A DNA stretch of 60,644 nt from assembly GCA_046080605.1 (NCBI GenBank), contig JBJTUH010000086.1:1-60644 (forward strand), given 5' to 3'. The notes under the pieces were generated by a model. The model did not search any database, was not told the DNA's origin, and saw only the letters and a list, made by a program, of their open reading frames with translations. Numbering within the stretch: the first letter of the stretch is position 1; each line of letters starts with the position of its first letter. Positions 16,858 to 27,010 of the stretch are shown here, piece by piece. The DNA comes from Vampirovibrionales bacterium (lineage in GTDB: Bacteria > Cyanobacteriota > Vampirovibrionia > Vampirovibrionales > JAJTHC01). A program made the translations under genes and the position numbers.

Positions 16858-18750
16858 TTACCCTTTGTTGAGTTTAGAGGCTACAAGGTGCCTAGCCGCG
16901 CACTGAACCAGCATAAACTTACGCCCTTCATATACCTGCTGAACATCTAAAGCGTTCTGTGCCTTGAGTAACGCCACCAAATGAGGGTGACGACGTTTTA
17001 AAACGACCCAAATGACCTTACGTGCTTGGGCATAAGCAACGAGCTGGGGTAAAGCTTCCATTTGAAACTCTTTGACAGGGTGCTGATGATAAAACAACAA
17101 GGCAGGTTTCAAGGTGTCTAAGCTCACAAGAGATGCCTTAGGACGAGAAGCCATATAGGCTAAAATAGTGTCAAAATCAGCTTGGTTCACGGCTACAAGA
17201 TGTGGCAATAACACAAACCGATACCCCAATGCGACAATTATCATCAAGCGTACTCCACTGCCTATCGCTTGCATCACAAACGTTTTATAGTTTGTGACAT
17301 GGTGAAGCGTCACCCATATAACAAGCACGGGAGGGATGCACCATTGTAGCAAGAGTGCCAAAGGGTAAGGAGGTACCAACACCTGATTAAACAGGGTGTT
17401 GACCTCAGAAGGTAATGATGCGTCAGCATGACCCACCCAAAAAGAGGCAGCCCACAGAACCACCAAAAGAAGAGGGATACCCCATGTGTCTTGAAAAGCT
17501 TGAAAGCGGACAAGCCAACGAGGAGGTACTTGATAGTGTGTCCACTCAGAGAGCATCCAGCCTATTACGACAGACCAAGCTGCCATGCCTGGCAAAAGAT
17601 AGGTAAGCAGTTTCGTTTTTGCTGCTGTAAAAAACAGAAACACAAGCATAAACCACCCTAACGCCATCCAGACCATTGGTGGAATTCTGCGTAGTGCTTC
17701 CTCAGACTGTTGGACTACGCCAGAGGTCACAGGAGGGGTAGAAGCACCTCTTAGTGCTTGTAGTAAGTGTGTCAATGTTGCGAAGGCAATAGGAACCCAA
17801 GGAAACAACCCAATCAATGCCACAGGGATGTAAAACCACCAAGGAGAGGCATGAGAAGACACCACACTTTTGAAACGTACGATATTATGAAAAAAAAGCT
17901 TTTCCCAAAAGAGAGGTCCCGTTTTTTGAGCAGCCAATAAAAACCAAGGACTACTTAATACCAATACACAAACACCAAAAACCAAGAGCTGTAATGCCCA
18001 AGGCTTGAAAAAACCCCGAGTATCAGACCATCCTACTCGCCATGCGTCACGCCAGGTACTAGAAGATGTGACCTTCATCACAAGGGTAGGCAATAAGACC
18101 CCCCACCCTAAGGCGGCAAGCCCTGGTAAAGCAAGTGCAACAGGTCCCTTTGTCATCACCCCGAGTACAGCACACCCCAAAGCAAGCCCCCATGGTTGCC
18201 ACACTTTCAGAGAGCGTTCTAAAAGCGAGAGGGGTTCCTTAGAAAGAGATTGCGTTTCCGTGTAAGCTTGCCATAAAAACAAGGTTGTCAACCACATCCA
18301 TGTAGCAAGTGTCATATCGGTCATTGACATACTCCCCAACACAAGCATGATGAGCATCGTCAGATGCACCAATGTCGTAAAAATAGCGGGGAGATCGCCT
18401 AACTCTTTTCGCACCACCCATGCGGTGGCAAACACTGATAGCCCAAGCATCAAGACACAGGGTAAACGAGCCGCCCACCCTGTGATGCCAAAAAGACAAT
18501 AGCTCGCCATTTGAAGCCAGTAGAATAAAATGGGTTTATCAAACCGTACCTTATCGTTAAACCACGGTACAATCCAATCGCCTCGATGTAACATCTCTAG
18601 GGAAGCCTGTGCATACCTTGGCTCATCCACATCCAGCAAAGGTGCATGACCTAAACCAAGCCAATAGAGAACCCCCCATAGTAAAAGCCCTATCAGCACC
18701 AAAGTCAAAAGAGAGATACGAGAGGAATCAGAGGCACGAGATAGCATCAT
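16858..18750 (-). CDS. ArnT-family (GT-C) polyprenyl-sugar-dependent glycosyltransferase
   Basis: LDVDEPRYA...EM...GDW.VP......RFDKP.LFYW, TKGPV, PWWFY, KL.TY.LP motifs. Confidence 0.9.
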   Translation of the reverse strand: MMLSRASDSSRISLLTLVLIGLLLWGVLYWLGLGHAPLLDVDEPRYAQASLEMLHRGDWIVPWFNDKVRFDKPILFYWLQMASYCLFGITGWAARLPCVLMLGLSVFATAWVVRKELGDLPAIFTTLVHLTMLIMLVLGSMSMTDMTLATWMWLTTLFLWQAYTETQSLSKEPLSLLERSLKVWQPWGLALGCAVLGVMTKGPVALALPGLAALGWGVLLPTLVMKVTSSSTWRDAWRVGWSDTRGFFKPWALQLLVFGVCVLVLSSPWFLLAAQKTGPLFWEKLFFHNIVRFKSVVSSHASPWWFYIPVALIGLFPWVPIAFATLTHLLQALRGASTPPVTSGVVQQSEEALRRIPPMVWMALGWFMLVFLFFTAAKTKLLTYLLPGMAAWSVVIGWMLSEWTHYQVPPRWLVRFQAFQDTWGIPLLLVVLWAASFWVGHADASLPSEVNTLFNQVLVPPYPLALLLQWCIPPVLVIWVTLHHVTNYKTFVMQAIGSGVRLMIIVALGYRFVLLPHLVAVNQADFDTILAYMASRPKASLVSLDTLKPALLFYHQHPVKEFQMEALPQLVAYAQARKVIWVVLKRRHPHLVALLKAQNALDVQQVYEGRKFMLVQCAARHLVASKLNKG

Positions 18751-19004
18751 AGGTTCAACAGAAGCACCAAGCTAACAGACTGATAACACACGACGCAAGA
18801 CCAAACCATAGCATGACCACAAGGGCATTACGGCTTACCACAGAGAAAGAAGAAAAACATCACAGGAATACGTTTTATAAGGTATCATAAAAGTACCTTT
18901 AATAAGAGGACAGTTAAAAACGTGTGTGACGTTCATACTTCTGTTTCTCACATCTTCCCTCGCCCTAACCGCTTCGCTGTAAATGCCCAAAGAAAGTTAC
19001 ACCC

Positions 19005-20048
19005 ATGATGTCATTTGATGTTTTTCATGATGCGACACCCGTTCCATTTACAGCCTCTCTTATCAAGACTTTGCGATTTTACAAAATGCATGGTTTAGGG
19101 AATGACTTTGTGATGGTGGATGCCATGCAACTCCCACATAACACTCAAGCCTCTTTACGACACCCAGAAAGTATGGCTGTATTGAGTCGTGCGGTCTGTC
19201 ATCGGCACTTTGGTATTGGTGCAGATGGGTGTATTTTGGTGTCTCAGCTCTCTGATGAGTTATACCCTTTTTACCTTTATCATAACCAAGATGGGACACC
19301 AGGAGGGATGTGCGGTAATGGGATTCGATGCTTTGCACATTACGTCATGGAAGCAGGCTATTTAAAAGAAGCCAAAGCCCATCACCCTTACACATGGTGC
19401 TGTCAAACGCCTGTCGGAGAAAAACGATTGTCTCACCTTGAAGGGGACATGTCTCCGATGATTCAAGTCAACATGGGAGTACCCGTTCTTGAGCCATCAC
19501 TGATTCCCTTTAACCCCGAGAGTGCTGGAACCCAAGCTTGTACAAGCCTCGCAAAAAATGCCTATGACATTACCCTTACCGCACCTCAAGTCATAGGTCA
19601 CTCAGAGGCGTTCACCCTACGCATACAATGCGTCTCTATGGGAAATCCTCACGGCATTCTGTGGTACCATTTACTTCCAGAAACCCTCCAATCGTCATGG
19701 GATACCCTTGTGACAACACTGGGGCCTCTGCTTGAAGTGCATCCCAGTTTTCCTCAAAAAGCCAATATCTCTTTTGCACGTTACCACGACGAGCATACAG
19801 TGAGTCTTGCCGTATGGGAGCGAGGATGTGGACCAACACTTGCTTGTGGTACAGGGGCTTGTGCCACCGTGGTGTCTGGCATGCTCCAAGGGGTCTTAAA
19901 AGACGATGTGCATGTCCGTTTACCTGGAGGCTCTTTACACATTCAATGGCATCCACTCAATGCAGCTCCTGTGATTATGACAGGTACTGCTACCATGGTA
20001 GGGGAAGTCATACCACATACTTCATTCATTGACCAATTTCTATACTAG
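19005..20048 (+). CDS. dapF: Diaminopimelate epimerase
   Basis: KMHGLGNDF, RHFGIGADG, MCGNGIRC, SMGNPH, WERG.G.TLACGTGACA. Confidence 0.96.
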   Translation: MMSFDVFHDATPVPFTASLIKTLRFYKMHGLGNDFVMVDAMQLPHNTQASLRHPESMAVLSRAVCHRHFGIGADGCILVSQLSDELYPFYLYHNQDGTPGGMCGNGIRCFAHYVMEAGYLKEAKAHHPYTWCCQTPVGEKRLSHLEGDMSPMIQVNMGVPVLEPSLIPFNPESAGTQACTSLAKNAYDITLTAPQVIGHSEAFTLRIQCVSMGNPHGILWYHLLPETLQSSWDTLVTTLGPLLEVHPSFPQKANISFARYHDEHTVSLAVWERGCGPTLACGTGACATVVSGMLQGVLKDDVHVRLPGGSLHIQWHPLNAAPVIMTGTATMVGEVIPHTSFIDQFLY

Positions 20049-20056
20049 TACCCCTC

Positions 20057-22069
20057 TTGCTTCATACGTTTATTATTGCTCATTTTAGTCATGGGTTTCA
20101 GGCTATGTCTTTTTCAACCTTTGTGCGTACATTGATTTCTTTACTCAAAACGCATGGATTCTACCGAGTCAGTCGTGCTTCTCTGTTTGTTCTCGTCATG
20201 ATAGGCGTGTTAGGGTGTGGGGTCAGTGGCATCCACCCACAAACACTCGCAGTGTCTGAGACTCAAGCATCTCCCAGTAGCTCCTCACCCTCTTTTGCCA
20301 CCGCTTGGTTTCAGCATACCACCCACCTCCGTGAGGCGTTACAGGGTAAGTCTTGGAGCATTCGCTTTGACGGCATGGTTGAGCGGGAAGATGGTATCTT
20401 ATACGTTCCTGTGTTACCTGTCATTCCGAGTGTGGCAGACCGTAAACACCCTGAACGAGCCTTAGAACGCTTCTCATTTGGTGAAGTCATGGATAGTGTA
20501 CCCTCCTCAGAAGGCATCATTGCCTTTCAGTCAGGAGCCTATTTACTACAACTCATTCCCACCAGTTCTGGTAAGTGGACACTACCAAGAGCAGCCCGCT
20601 ATCCCGAGGCCCTCAAAGCAGGCTTAGTGTGGCCTGATGTCATCTTACCTGAAAATCTCAGTATCCCTGTAGAACTCCAAACCCTATTTGCCCCCCTACT
20701 GAGTCCATTTAACGACACGCCTGATTCGACGGAAAGCCCTTCTTCCACGTCGTTTTCTGCAAACATCGCCAAACAAGGTGAGTTTAAGGAATGCGTCGTA
20801 TTCGGACACGGACTCTCTCCTGCGACAAGTGTCATGTATCGTTTAAGCTGCCACGCTCAAAGCGTTACCACATCTGCTTTTACAGCACCTGAGGTTCTCT
20901 TTCAGCAAGCATTCTCAGGGGGAATGCCTTTGCTAGGCTTCTCACACCCTTACACCACAGGAAACCTCACACGCTTTGAGCTGCTCACACACCCTACCCG
21001 TCTTAGTAAAGTGACGCTTTCGCCTCAAGACGGTACCGCAACGTCAAACCAGCAACAAGAAACCTTATTGGCGTTTTTACCTCAAGGGATGTCATGGATC
21101 TCACACCCATCCATGAACGTGGAGAAACAGACGCAAGGATGGCTCATGATACCTCACCCTACTGAGCATTATGCCGTACTCTATCATCCTGAAAGCCTCC
21201 GAAACGAAGGCCGTATTGACTTCCCTGAAACGGCACACCCTAGTCATACCATCCTGCAACACGGTGCTTGGCTATGGATTGCCGATGCAGAAAAAGCGGT
21301 TGTCTATGAGTATCACTATTCACAAAAAAGCTCAGTAACACAAGAACTATCCGCATGGCAACTTACTCGGTTACTCCCTGGGGTTACACGTGCCAGTCAC
21401 CTACAGCTTGTACGTCATGCTGAACATCCCTACCCATACCTTGCAATGAGTGCCAAAAGCCATGGGCTTCTTCGTTGGGTCTACTTACCCACGGGAAAAA
21501 GTGCTGGTGAGACCCTTGTTCAAGCGGGAGGACAGCAGGTCAAACAAGCTTGGGTTCAAAACGATACCCTACACGTCCTAGTAGAAACACCTGCCTCTCT
21601 TGCACATGCCCCCGAGTATAGTATTCAAGCGTGTGGCATGGTTGTAGCACCTGCTACAAGACAATCTTCCGAGACCCTACCAAACACACCTTCTAAACCC
21701 AAAGCAAGACCTTGGTGGAAACGGGCCGTTTCACAGATTCCTACACCCGTAGAAGATACTTATCTACCTCGTAGCTCATGGCAATGTCAGGTACAAACAG
21801 GAATAACGCTCCCCAGTCGTCCTTTGTTGTGGAGTCAGCTTTCCCCTAGCCATCCCTTAAACCAGGCACAGTCTCCTCAAGGACTATGGCTCGGTTTTTC
21901 AACACGAGGGGTCACCACCACAGACCAAACGCAACTTATGTACCTTCCTTTTAAGTACTTAGGAAATCACACCTCAGAAGGTCAGTCAGCTCAAGAGACA
22001 GCACTGCAAGAATGGTTCATTCCTGAATTACTCCTTATGCCGAGTTTCCTTGGCACACCTTCCAAATAA
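20057..22069 (+). CDS. Hypothetical exported protein (possibly a degenerate beta-propeller)
   Basis: Long ORF with an N-terminal hydrophobic segment and a beta-rich C-terminal half; no family recognised. Confidence 0.6.
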   Translation: MLHTFIIAHFSHGFQAMSFSTFVRTLISLLKTHGFYRVSRASLFVLVMIGVLGCGVSGIHPQTLAVSETQASPSSSSPSFATAWFQHTTHLREALQGKSWSIRFDGMVEREDGILYVPVLPVIPSVADRKHPERALERFSFGEVMDSVPSSEGIIAFQSGAYLLQLIPTSSGKWTLPRAARYPEALKAGLVWPDVILPENLSIPVELQTLFAPLLSPFNDTPDSTESPSSTSFSANIAKQGEFKECVVFGHGLSPATSVMYRLSCHAQSVTTSAFTAPEVLFQQAFSGGMPLLGFSHPYTTGNLTRFELLTHPTRLSKVTLSPQDGTATSNQQQETLLAFLPQGMSWISHPSMNVEKQTQGWLMIPHPTEHYAVLYHPESLRNEGRIDFPETAHPSHTILQHGAWLWIADAEKAVVYEYHYSQKSSVTQELSAWQLTRLLPGVTRASHLQLVRHAEHPYPYLAMSAKSHGLLRWVYLPTGKSAGETLVQAGGQQVKQAWVQNDTLHVLVETPASLAHAPEYSIQACGMVVAPATRQSSETLPNTPSKPKARPWWKRAVSQIPTPVEDTYLPRSSWQCQVQTGITLPSRPLLWSQLSPSHPLNQAQSPQGLWLGFSTRGVTTTDQTQLMYLPFKYLGNHTSEGQSAQETALQEWFIPELLLMPSFLGTPSK

Positions 22070-22111
22070 GACACTTTTTATTGTCCTGTTTTTAAAGTAA
22101 CGGAACGCATC

Positions 22112-22999
22112 ATGCTCTCTTCGCTTTCTTCATCCTCTATCGTTCGGGCTGGACTCGTTCAACATCATCACCCCATTCACGGTGATGAACCCTGCGAAAC
22201 ACACTATCACCATAGCATTCAAGCTCATGAAGGGTATCTTGAACAAGCCTCTAACGCAGGGGTTCATATTGTGTGCTTTCAAGAGTTATTTACTGGACCC
22301 TATTTTGCACCCTCACAAGACAGCAAATGGTTTAATCTCACGGAACGCCTACCCGAAGGACGTACGGTGCAGTGGGGAAAAGCGATGGCAAAACAGTACC
22401 AAATGGTACTCATTTTACCTGTGTTTGAGGAGGCAAAAGCCCCTGGGTTTTACTACAACACGGCGGTTGTGATAGATTCCGATGGAACCTATTTAGGTAA
22501 ATATCGCAAACACCATATTCCTCAAGTTGCTGGATTCTGGGAAAAATACTTTTTCAAACCAGGCAGTGAGGGTTTCCCCGTTTTTGAAACCGCAGTAGGC
22601 ACGGTCGGTTTGTTTATCTGCTACGATAGGCATTTTCCTGAATGTGCCAGAGCTTTAGCACTTCATGGTGCGACGATGGCATTTAATCCCTCCGCAACAG
22701 TCGCAGGTCTCTCAGAGAGTTTATGGAAAAAGGAACAAGTCGCTCAGGCCATTGCCAATGGGATGTATATTGGTGCTGTCAATCGTGTCGGACAAGAACA
22801 GCCTTGGAACATAGGTCATTTTTACGGTAGCTCCTATGTGGTAAACCCATGGGGTGATATTATCGCTGAAGGCTCTCGAGAAGAAAGTCAGCTAGTAGTG
22901 GCTGATATGGACATGAATGTTGTACGGGAAGCAAGGCAACAATGGCAGTTTTTCCGTGACCGCCGTCCTGAAAGTTACCAGCCTTTACTCCTTTCCTAG
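22112..22999 (+). CDS. Nitrilase-superfamily amidohydrolase, beta-ureidopropionase-like
   Basis: CFQELF, KYRKHHIPQV..FWEK..F.PG, ICYDRHFPE (E-K-C triad), FNPSATVAGLS. Confidence 0.88.
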   Translation: MLSSLSSSSIVRAGLVQHHHPIHGDEPCETHYHHSIQAHEGYLEQASNAGVHIVCFQELFTGPYFAPSQDSKWFNLTERLPEGRTVQWGKAMAKQYQMVLILPVFEEAKAPGFYYNTAVVIDSDGTYLGKYRKHHIPQVAGFWEKYFFKPGSEGFPVFETAVGTVGLFICYDRHFPECARALALHGATMAFNPSATVAGLSESLWKKEQVAQAIANGMYIGAVNRVGQEQPWNIGHFYGSSYVVNPWGDIIAEGSREESQLVVADMDMNVVREARQQWQFFRDRRPESYQPLLLS

Positions 23000-23089
23000 C
23001 AGGTGATGGAAGTCACGATTTTACGAGACGAAACGCCTTGCTTTATACAAAGCAAGGCGTTAAACGCTCAGGTACCATGGATGATGTTG

Positions 23090-23452
23090 CTAGTCTTCCC
23101 AATAAAAACAACATTGGGTTGGCGTTTCGTAGACGCATGTTTTATAGATTTCTGGAATGGTTTGCTTCATACGATGATAGATATACTTGCACAGATACTC
23201 GCTTGAAGGACTTTCTCCGTTAATACATGGATTTTCATTCAAATCTGTATGGTCAAGGTCATTCATGATTTCTCGTAAAGAAGCTTTCAACACCTTATAA
23301 TCGATCGAAACATTCGCCACATCGAGTGTGGCTTTTCTAGCCCAAACTCTTACTACAAAGTTATGACCATGAGGGTTTTCACATTTTCCTTCGTAGTTTA
23401 ACAGGTGATGAGCTGCTGAAAACATGCTCTCAATCATTACTTCATACATCAT
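23090..23452 (-). CDS. queD: 6-carboxytetrahydropterin synthase
   Basis: FSAAHHL..Y.GKCEN.HGHN, LDH.DLN, PSSE, YETP motifs. Start moved to ATG 23452. Confidence 0.93.
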   Translation of the reverse strand: MMYEVMIESMFSAAHHLLNYEGKCENPHGHNFVVRVWARKATLDVANVSIDYKVLKASLREIMNDLDHTDLNENPCINGESPSSEYLCKYIYHRMKQTIPEIYKTCVYETPTQCCFYWED

Positions 23453-23662
23453 TTTGGGGGTTATCCTTAAGCTTGATACAACAAAGGCACCACAAGGTGA
23501 GTGATGGTTTCGTATGAAACAGTTTCTGTCTCCCAGCACATCATGGGGTTTGCGTGAGGGTTCCCTTTCATCATAAAAAAAACATGATAAAACCCCTACC
23601 TCCAATCCTTCAAAAACCCTTAACGTATCTCTCTACACAACACACGGTAGCTTTCATCAAGA

Positions 23663-23697
23663 AAGCCGTTTTTCTATGTTACTCAGAAAAACGGCTT
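23663..23697. terminator. Stem-loop downstream of rpaB
   Basis: AAGCCGTTTTTCT-N9-AGAAAAACGGCTT, a perfect 13-bp inverted repeat. Confidence 0.65.
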
Positions 23698-23727
23698 ATC
23701 TCTGTAAGGTAGGCTGTGGCACAAAAA

Positions 23728-24711
23728 TTAAGATTGAATATCCAATCGCTGAAACATATACCCTACCCCTCGTGCTGTAAGAATGAGTTCTGGGTTCGCA
23801 AGATCCGTTTCTAATTTGGCTCTTAAACGACTCACATGCACATCCACCACACGAGTATCAATTTTTTGGTCAGGAGGGAACGACCATACATGTTGCAAAA
23901 TAGCGGCACGAGTAAAGGGTTGCCCAGCATTACTTAACAATAGCTCTAACAGATTAAACTCCATACCTGTTAAGCGAATACGCTCATTTTTACGAAAAAC
24001 TTGTCGCTTCTGGGTATCAATACGAAGGTGTCCCACTGTAATCATGTGAGAAGATCGTTTCGGAGACGCAATAGACGCAGCAGTACCTCCTGCCATATCA
24101 GCGGATAACTCGGAAGCCTCAAAGGAAGTTCTGGCGGCAGGAGTCGTTTCAAGCGCAACTTCTATCGCATGCCCTGTACCCTGTTCAACAGGTACTCCCT
24201 CCTGTAGCGTCTGGCTATTACGCCTTGTTTCAACACGACGTAATACTGATTTCACACGAGCTTCTAACTCTTTGGGGCTAAAAGGTTTAATGACATAATC
24301 GTCTGCTCCCATTTCCAAACCACTCACCCGCTCGTTCACATCTCCCAGTGCCGTCAAAATGATGATAGGAACATCACTTTGAAGACGGATTTCCCGTGTA
24401 ACAGCATAACCATCCACTTTGGGCATCATAATATCAAGCACAATAATATCAGGTTGAAACTGAGCATAAACCTGCAAGGCTTCTTCGCCATCGCCAGCCA
24501 CAGCCGTATCATATCCTAGCATTTTAAAACGAGTTTCTAAAATACGACGAATACTGGCTTCATCGTCTACAATGAGTATTTTCTTCCCATGGGCATTCCC
24601 ACGCTCGAAAAATCCAGACATCATCATTGGCTGACTCATACTACGAGCTCCCAAGCTTTCACGACGAATGTCAAATGAAGCATGTTCCAGTGTTACAAGG
24701 GTCGTCAACAT
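23728..24711 (-). CDS. rpaB: OmpR-family response regulator RpaB (Ycf27) with a long interdomain linker
   Basis: ILIVDDEASIRRILETR, LTALGDV, KPFSPKELEAR, RIRLTGMEF, DTRVVDVHVSRLRAKLE, NPELILTARG are RpaB signatures. The start could be 24639 or 24627. Confidence 0.9.
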   Translation of the reverse strand: MLTTLVTLEHASFDIRRESLGARSMSQPMMMSGFFERGNAHGKKILIVDDEASIRRILETRFKMLGYDTAVAGDGEEALQVYAQFQPDIIVLDIMMPKVDGYAVTREIRLQSDVPIIILTALGDVNERVSGLEMGADDYVIKPFSPKELEARVKSVLRRVETRRNSQTLQEGVPVEQGTGHAIEVALETTPAARTSFEASELSADMAGGTAASIASPKRSSHMITVGHLRIDTQKRQVFRKNERIRLTGMEFNLLELLLSNAGQPFTRAAILQHVWSFPPDQKIDTRVVDVHVSRLRAKLETDLANPELILTARGVGYMFQRLDIQS

Positions 24712-24946
24712 CTTACGTCATAGATACCAAATGATTCATAAACTACAGCGTGTAGGCTCTGCAAGCAAAACATCAACACAGGTTTAGTATATTCTATGAC
24801 TACGTTCACACCACGCCTTATAAAGTACACGTGTGGCATTCAGTGTAAACGAAAGATTTCCTTGTTAAGTTAGAACTTTCTTTAAGACCCTTTTCTGTAA
24901 CACATCCATACTACCAAAGTGTACAAGCGTTTATCACCACGGCATT

Positions 24947-25220
24947 GGCACATAACGTTACAAAAAGGAAGACCGCTTCATTTAACAGGACACAAAACGT
25001 TACAAAGAAGACTTCGTTACATTATGTTAAAACATGTAGACCCGAAAGTCATAGATTCATTTAAACAAATGAGCTAAACCTTCCATAATTGTAACAGAAG
25101 AAGCTTTCCAATAAAGCAACAGATTTGCAAAAATAAATCAATAAATCGTCTCAAACCCTTACACCGAGGCGATTTAAAGAGGCATAAAAAGCCATGATAT
25201 ATTTTACACTTTGTTACAAA
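24947..25220. promoter_or_regulatory. Cluster of HLR1-like direct repeats (candidate RpaB sites)
   Basis: 8-2-8 repeats: GGCACATA-AC-GTTACAAA (24947), GACACAAA-AC-GTTACAAA (24989), GTTACATT-AT-GTTAAAAC (25016), TTTACACT-TT-GTTACAAA (25203). Confidence 0.6.
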
Positions 25221-25561
25221 AACGACACAGTTTCTTTTAAAAGAACTATTTGTATATGTTTCTCTGTTCATTCATACTGAAAGCGTGGGATAACCCTCAA
25301 TCAAACCCACCTCTATTCTTCGGTACGTTTTATATGGTTTTACGTTATATGGCTTTAAGGCTTCAGTGTTTTAGGCACGACGAGTGATTCTCCTTAAAAG
25401 CCTTTTTATCTCACTTTTCAGACTTAGGGATAGACCTTGGAACATCTTCTTGGATACTATCCACATAACGATACAACGACTCTTGAAAAGCAGGAATCAT
25501 TTTTAAAAGCAACCGTTCACTCATTCCATAAAAATTGCAACACAAAGGGGGTGTTGTTCCC

Positions 25562-26635
25562 ATGACTGCTTTTACACCCGTTTCTTCTTCAGTGAATCTT
25601 GAAACGCAAACACGAAAGTCCCCATTATACTCATCTTTGGCCTTACCTGCCATGAGTACGAGAGCCTCTTTTGCAGGAGAAGCTCTACTGTATCAGTCTC
25701 TAAAAAGCACCCCTCAAACACACTCGTTTTCTGCATCCTCATTACCTAAAGAAGAAACCGCACTCCTCCAGCAGGTGAGTACCCCTGTGATGCCCCCCAC
25801 TATGGCACACACCTCTTTCTTGCCCACGGATGCTTTTACACCCAGTACACCTACTAACGCAATCGCTCATGCCACCATACAACCAAACGTCTACACAGGT
25901 GTGACCTCTGCAGAAGCAACCCACCGAGACGCTTCTCTCCCTATACACGCCTTATCAGAGCATACTGGGCAAGCATCCATCCCAGGGTTTCAGTCTCTAC
26001 CCCAGGGGTACATCCCCATTCTAGTCCCCTCACAGAGCCTCTCGCTTCTGGTTTCAGCACTTCATGAACACACTCAAAGCTCTGTCCAAAACGCATCTTC
26101 TAAAGAAGCAGCTCACCTCTCTGAGGACAGTCCTTCAGACTCAGAAGTGAATCACACAGAAGAAGACTCTGTATCTTCCTCCAGAAGTGATGCCAAACAC
26201 TTACATCAAAAGAAGGCTTCGTTTGACGAGGAACATGAAGAGGAGGAAGTACAGGAAACCTATGAAAAACCACATGCGTATGACAAAGACAAAACCTCTT
26301 CGCAGCACCACTCTAGCCTCAAAGAGAAAATAAGGAAACTACAGCACTCAGAGGAACCCCCGTTACGTCGATTACGTCGATGGATTGGGTACGCTTTGGT
26401 GACCACACTTACCACGACCTCAGCCCTTACAGGATTTTCCTTCGGATGGCTCAATCAAAGGTTTCTTATCCCAGATATACTGGAAAAGTTGCCCTTTAAA
26501 CGAGGACTTAGTGCCCTCAACGGAGCGGTTGTAGCAGGCGGGCTTATGTTTTATGTTGGCAATCAGGTGAGAAAGCTGTTCGGTCTAGCACCTAGCAAAA
26601 AAAGACCTCTCTATCTTGATGACCTACTCTATTAG
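25562..26635 (+). CDS. Hypothetical low-complexity protein with C-terminal hydrophobic helices
   Basis: S/T/P-rich then acidic region, and two C-terminal hydrophobic segments. Confidence 0.65.
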   Translation: MTAFTPVSSSVNLETQTRKSPLYSSLALPAMSTRASFAGEALLYQSLKSTPQTHSFSASSLPKEETALLQQVSTPVMPPTMAHTSFLPTDAFTPSTPTNAIAHATIQPNVYTGVTSAEATHRDASLPIHALSEHTGQASIPGFQSLPQGYIPILVPSQSLSLLVSALHEHTQSSVQNASSKEAAHLSEDSPSDSEVNHTEEDSVSSSRSDAKHLHQKKASFDEEHEEEEVQETYEKPHAYDKDKTSSQHHSSLKEKIRKLQHSEEPPLRRLRRWIGYALVTTLTTTSALTGFSFGWLNQRFLIPDILEKLPFKRGLSALNGAVVAGGLMFYVGNQVRKLFGLAPSKKRPLYLDDLLY

Positions 26636-27010
26636 AGACCCATCTGACACGACAAAAAAAGACTTCTACTGTTTTCTAATAAGCCTTGTGGTACCTTGTG
26701 AGAAAGTATGCAACGTACTTGATAGAGCGTTCATTTGGTGCTTTCCTTTTTTTTAGGTATGCTTAAACTGATCTAGTGTAGTATCCTACCATTATTATGG
26801 TGTTCTAAAGTATGTCTGTTCGCCCTGATGGCTTGTCTTTCGGCGAACTTATCTGTACCTTGACCATGTCCTTCACTGAGAAAGCTTTCATTGAGAGCCT
26901 TTTTTTGTGCTTTTCATTACGTAGTAGCACTCACCCTAAGTTTGTCATTGTTGCTCTTGTTCGACTTCACTCTATTCACTCTTTCACTTTGAAGATGGAG
27001 GTTCCAACGG

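Noticed and set aside
23453-23660. preQ1 riboswitch upstream of queD
   Set aside because: No correctly oriented stem with GUUC-type loop and A-rich tail on the minus strand.
26790-26850. Fluoride- or TPP-riboswitch-like words upstream of PFOR (ATGGTGTTC, CTGATGG, CTGAGA)
   Set aside because: The fragments lack the required order and pairing; kept only as an unclassified structured leader.
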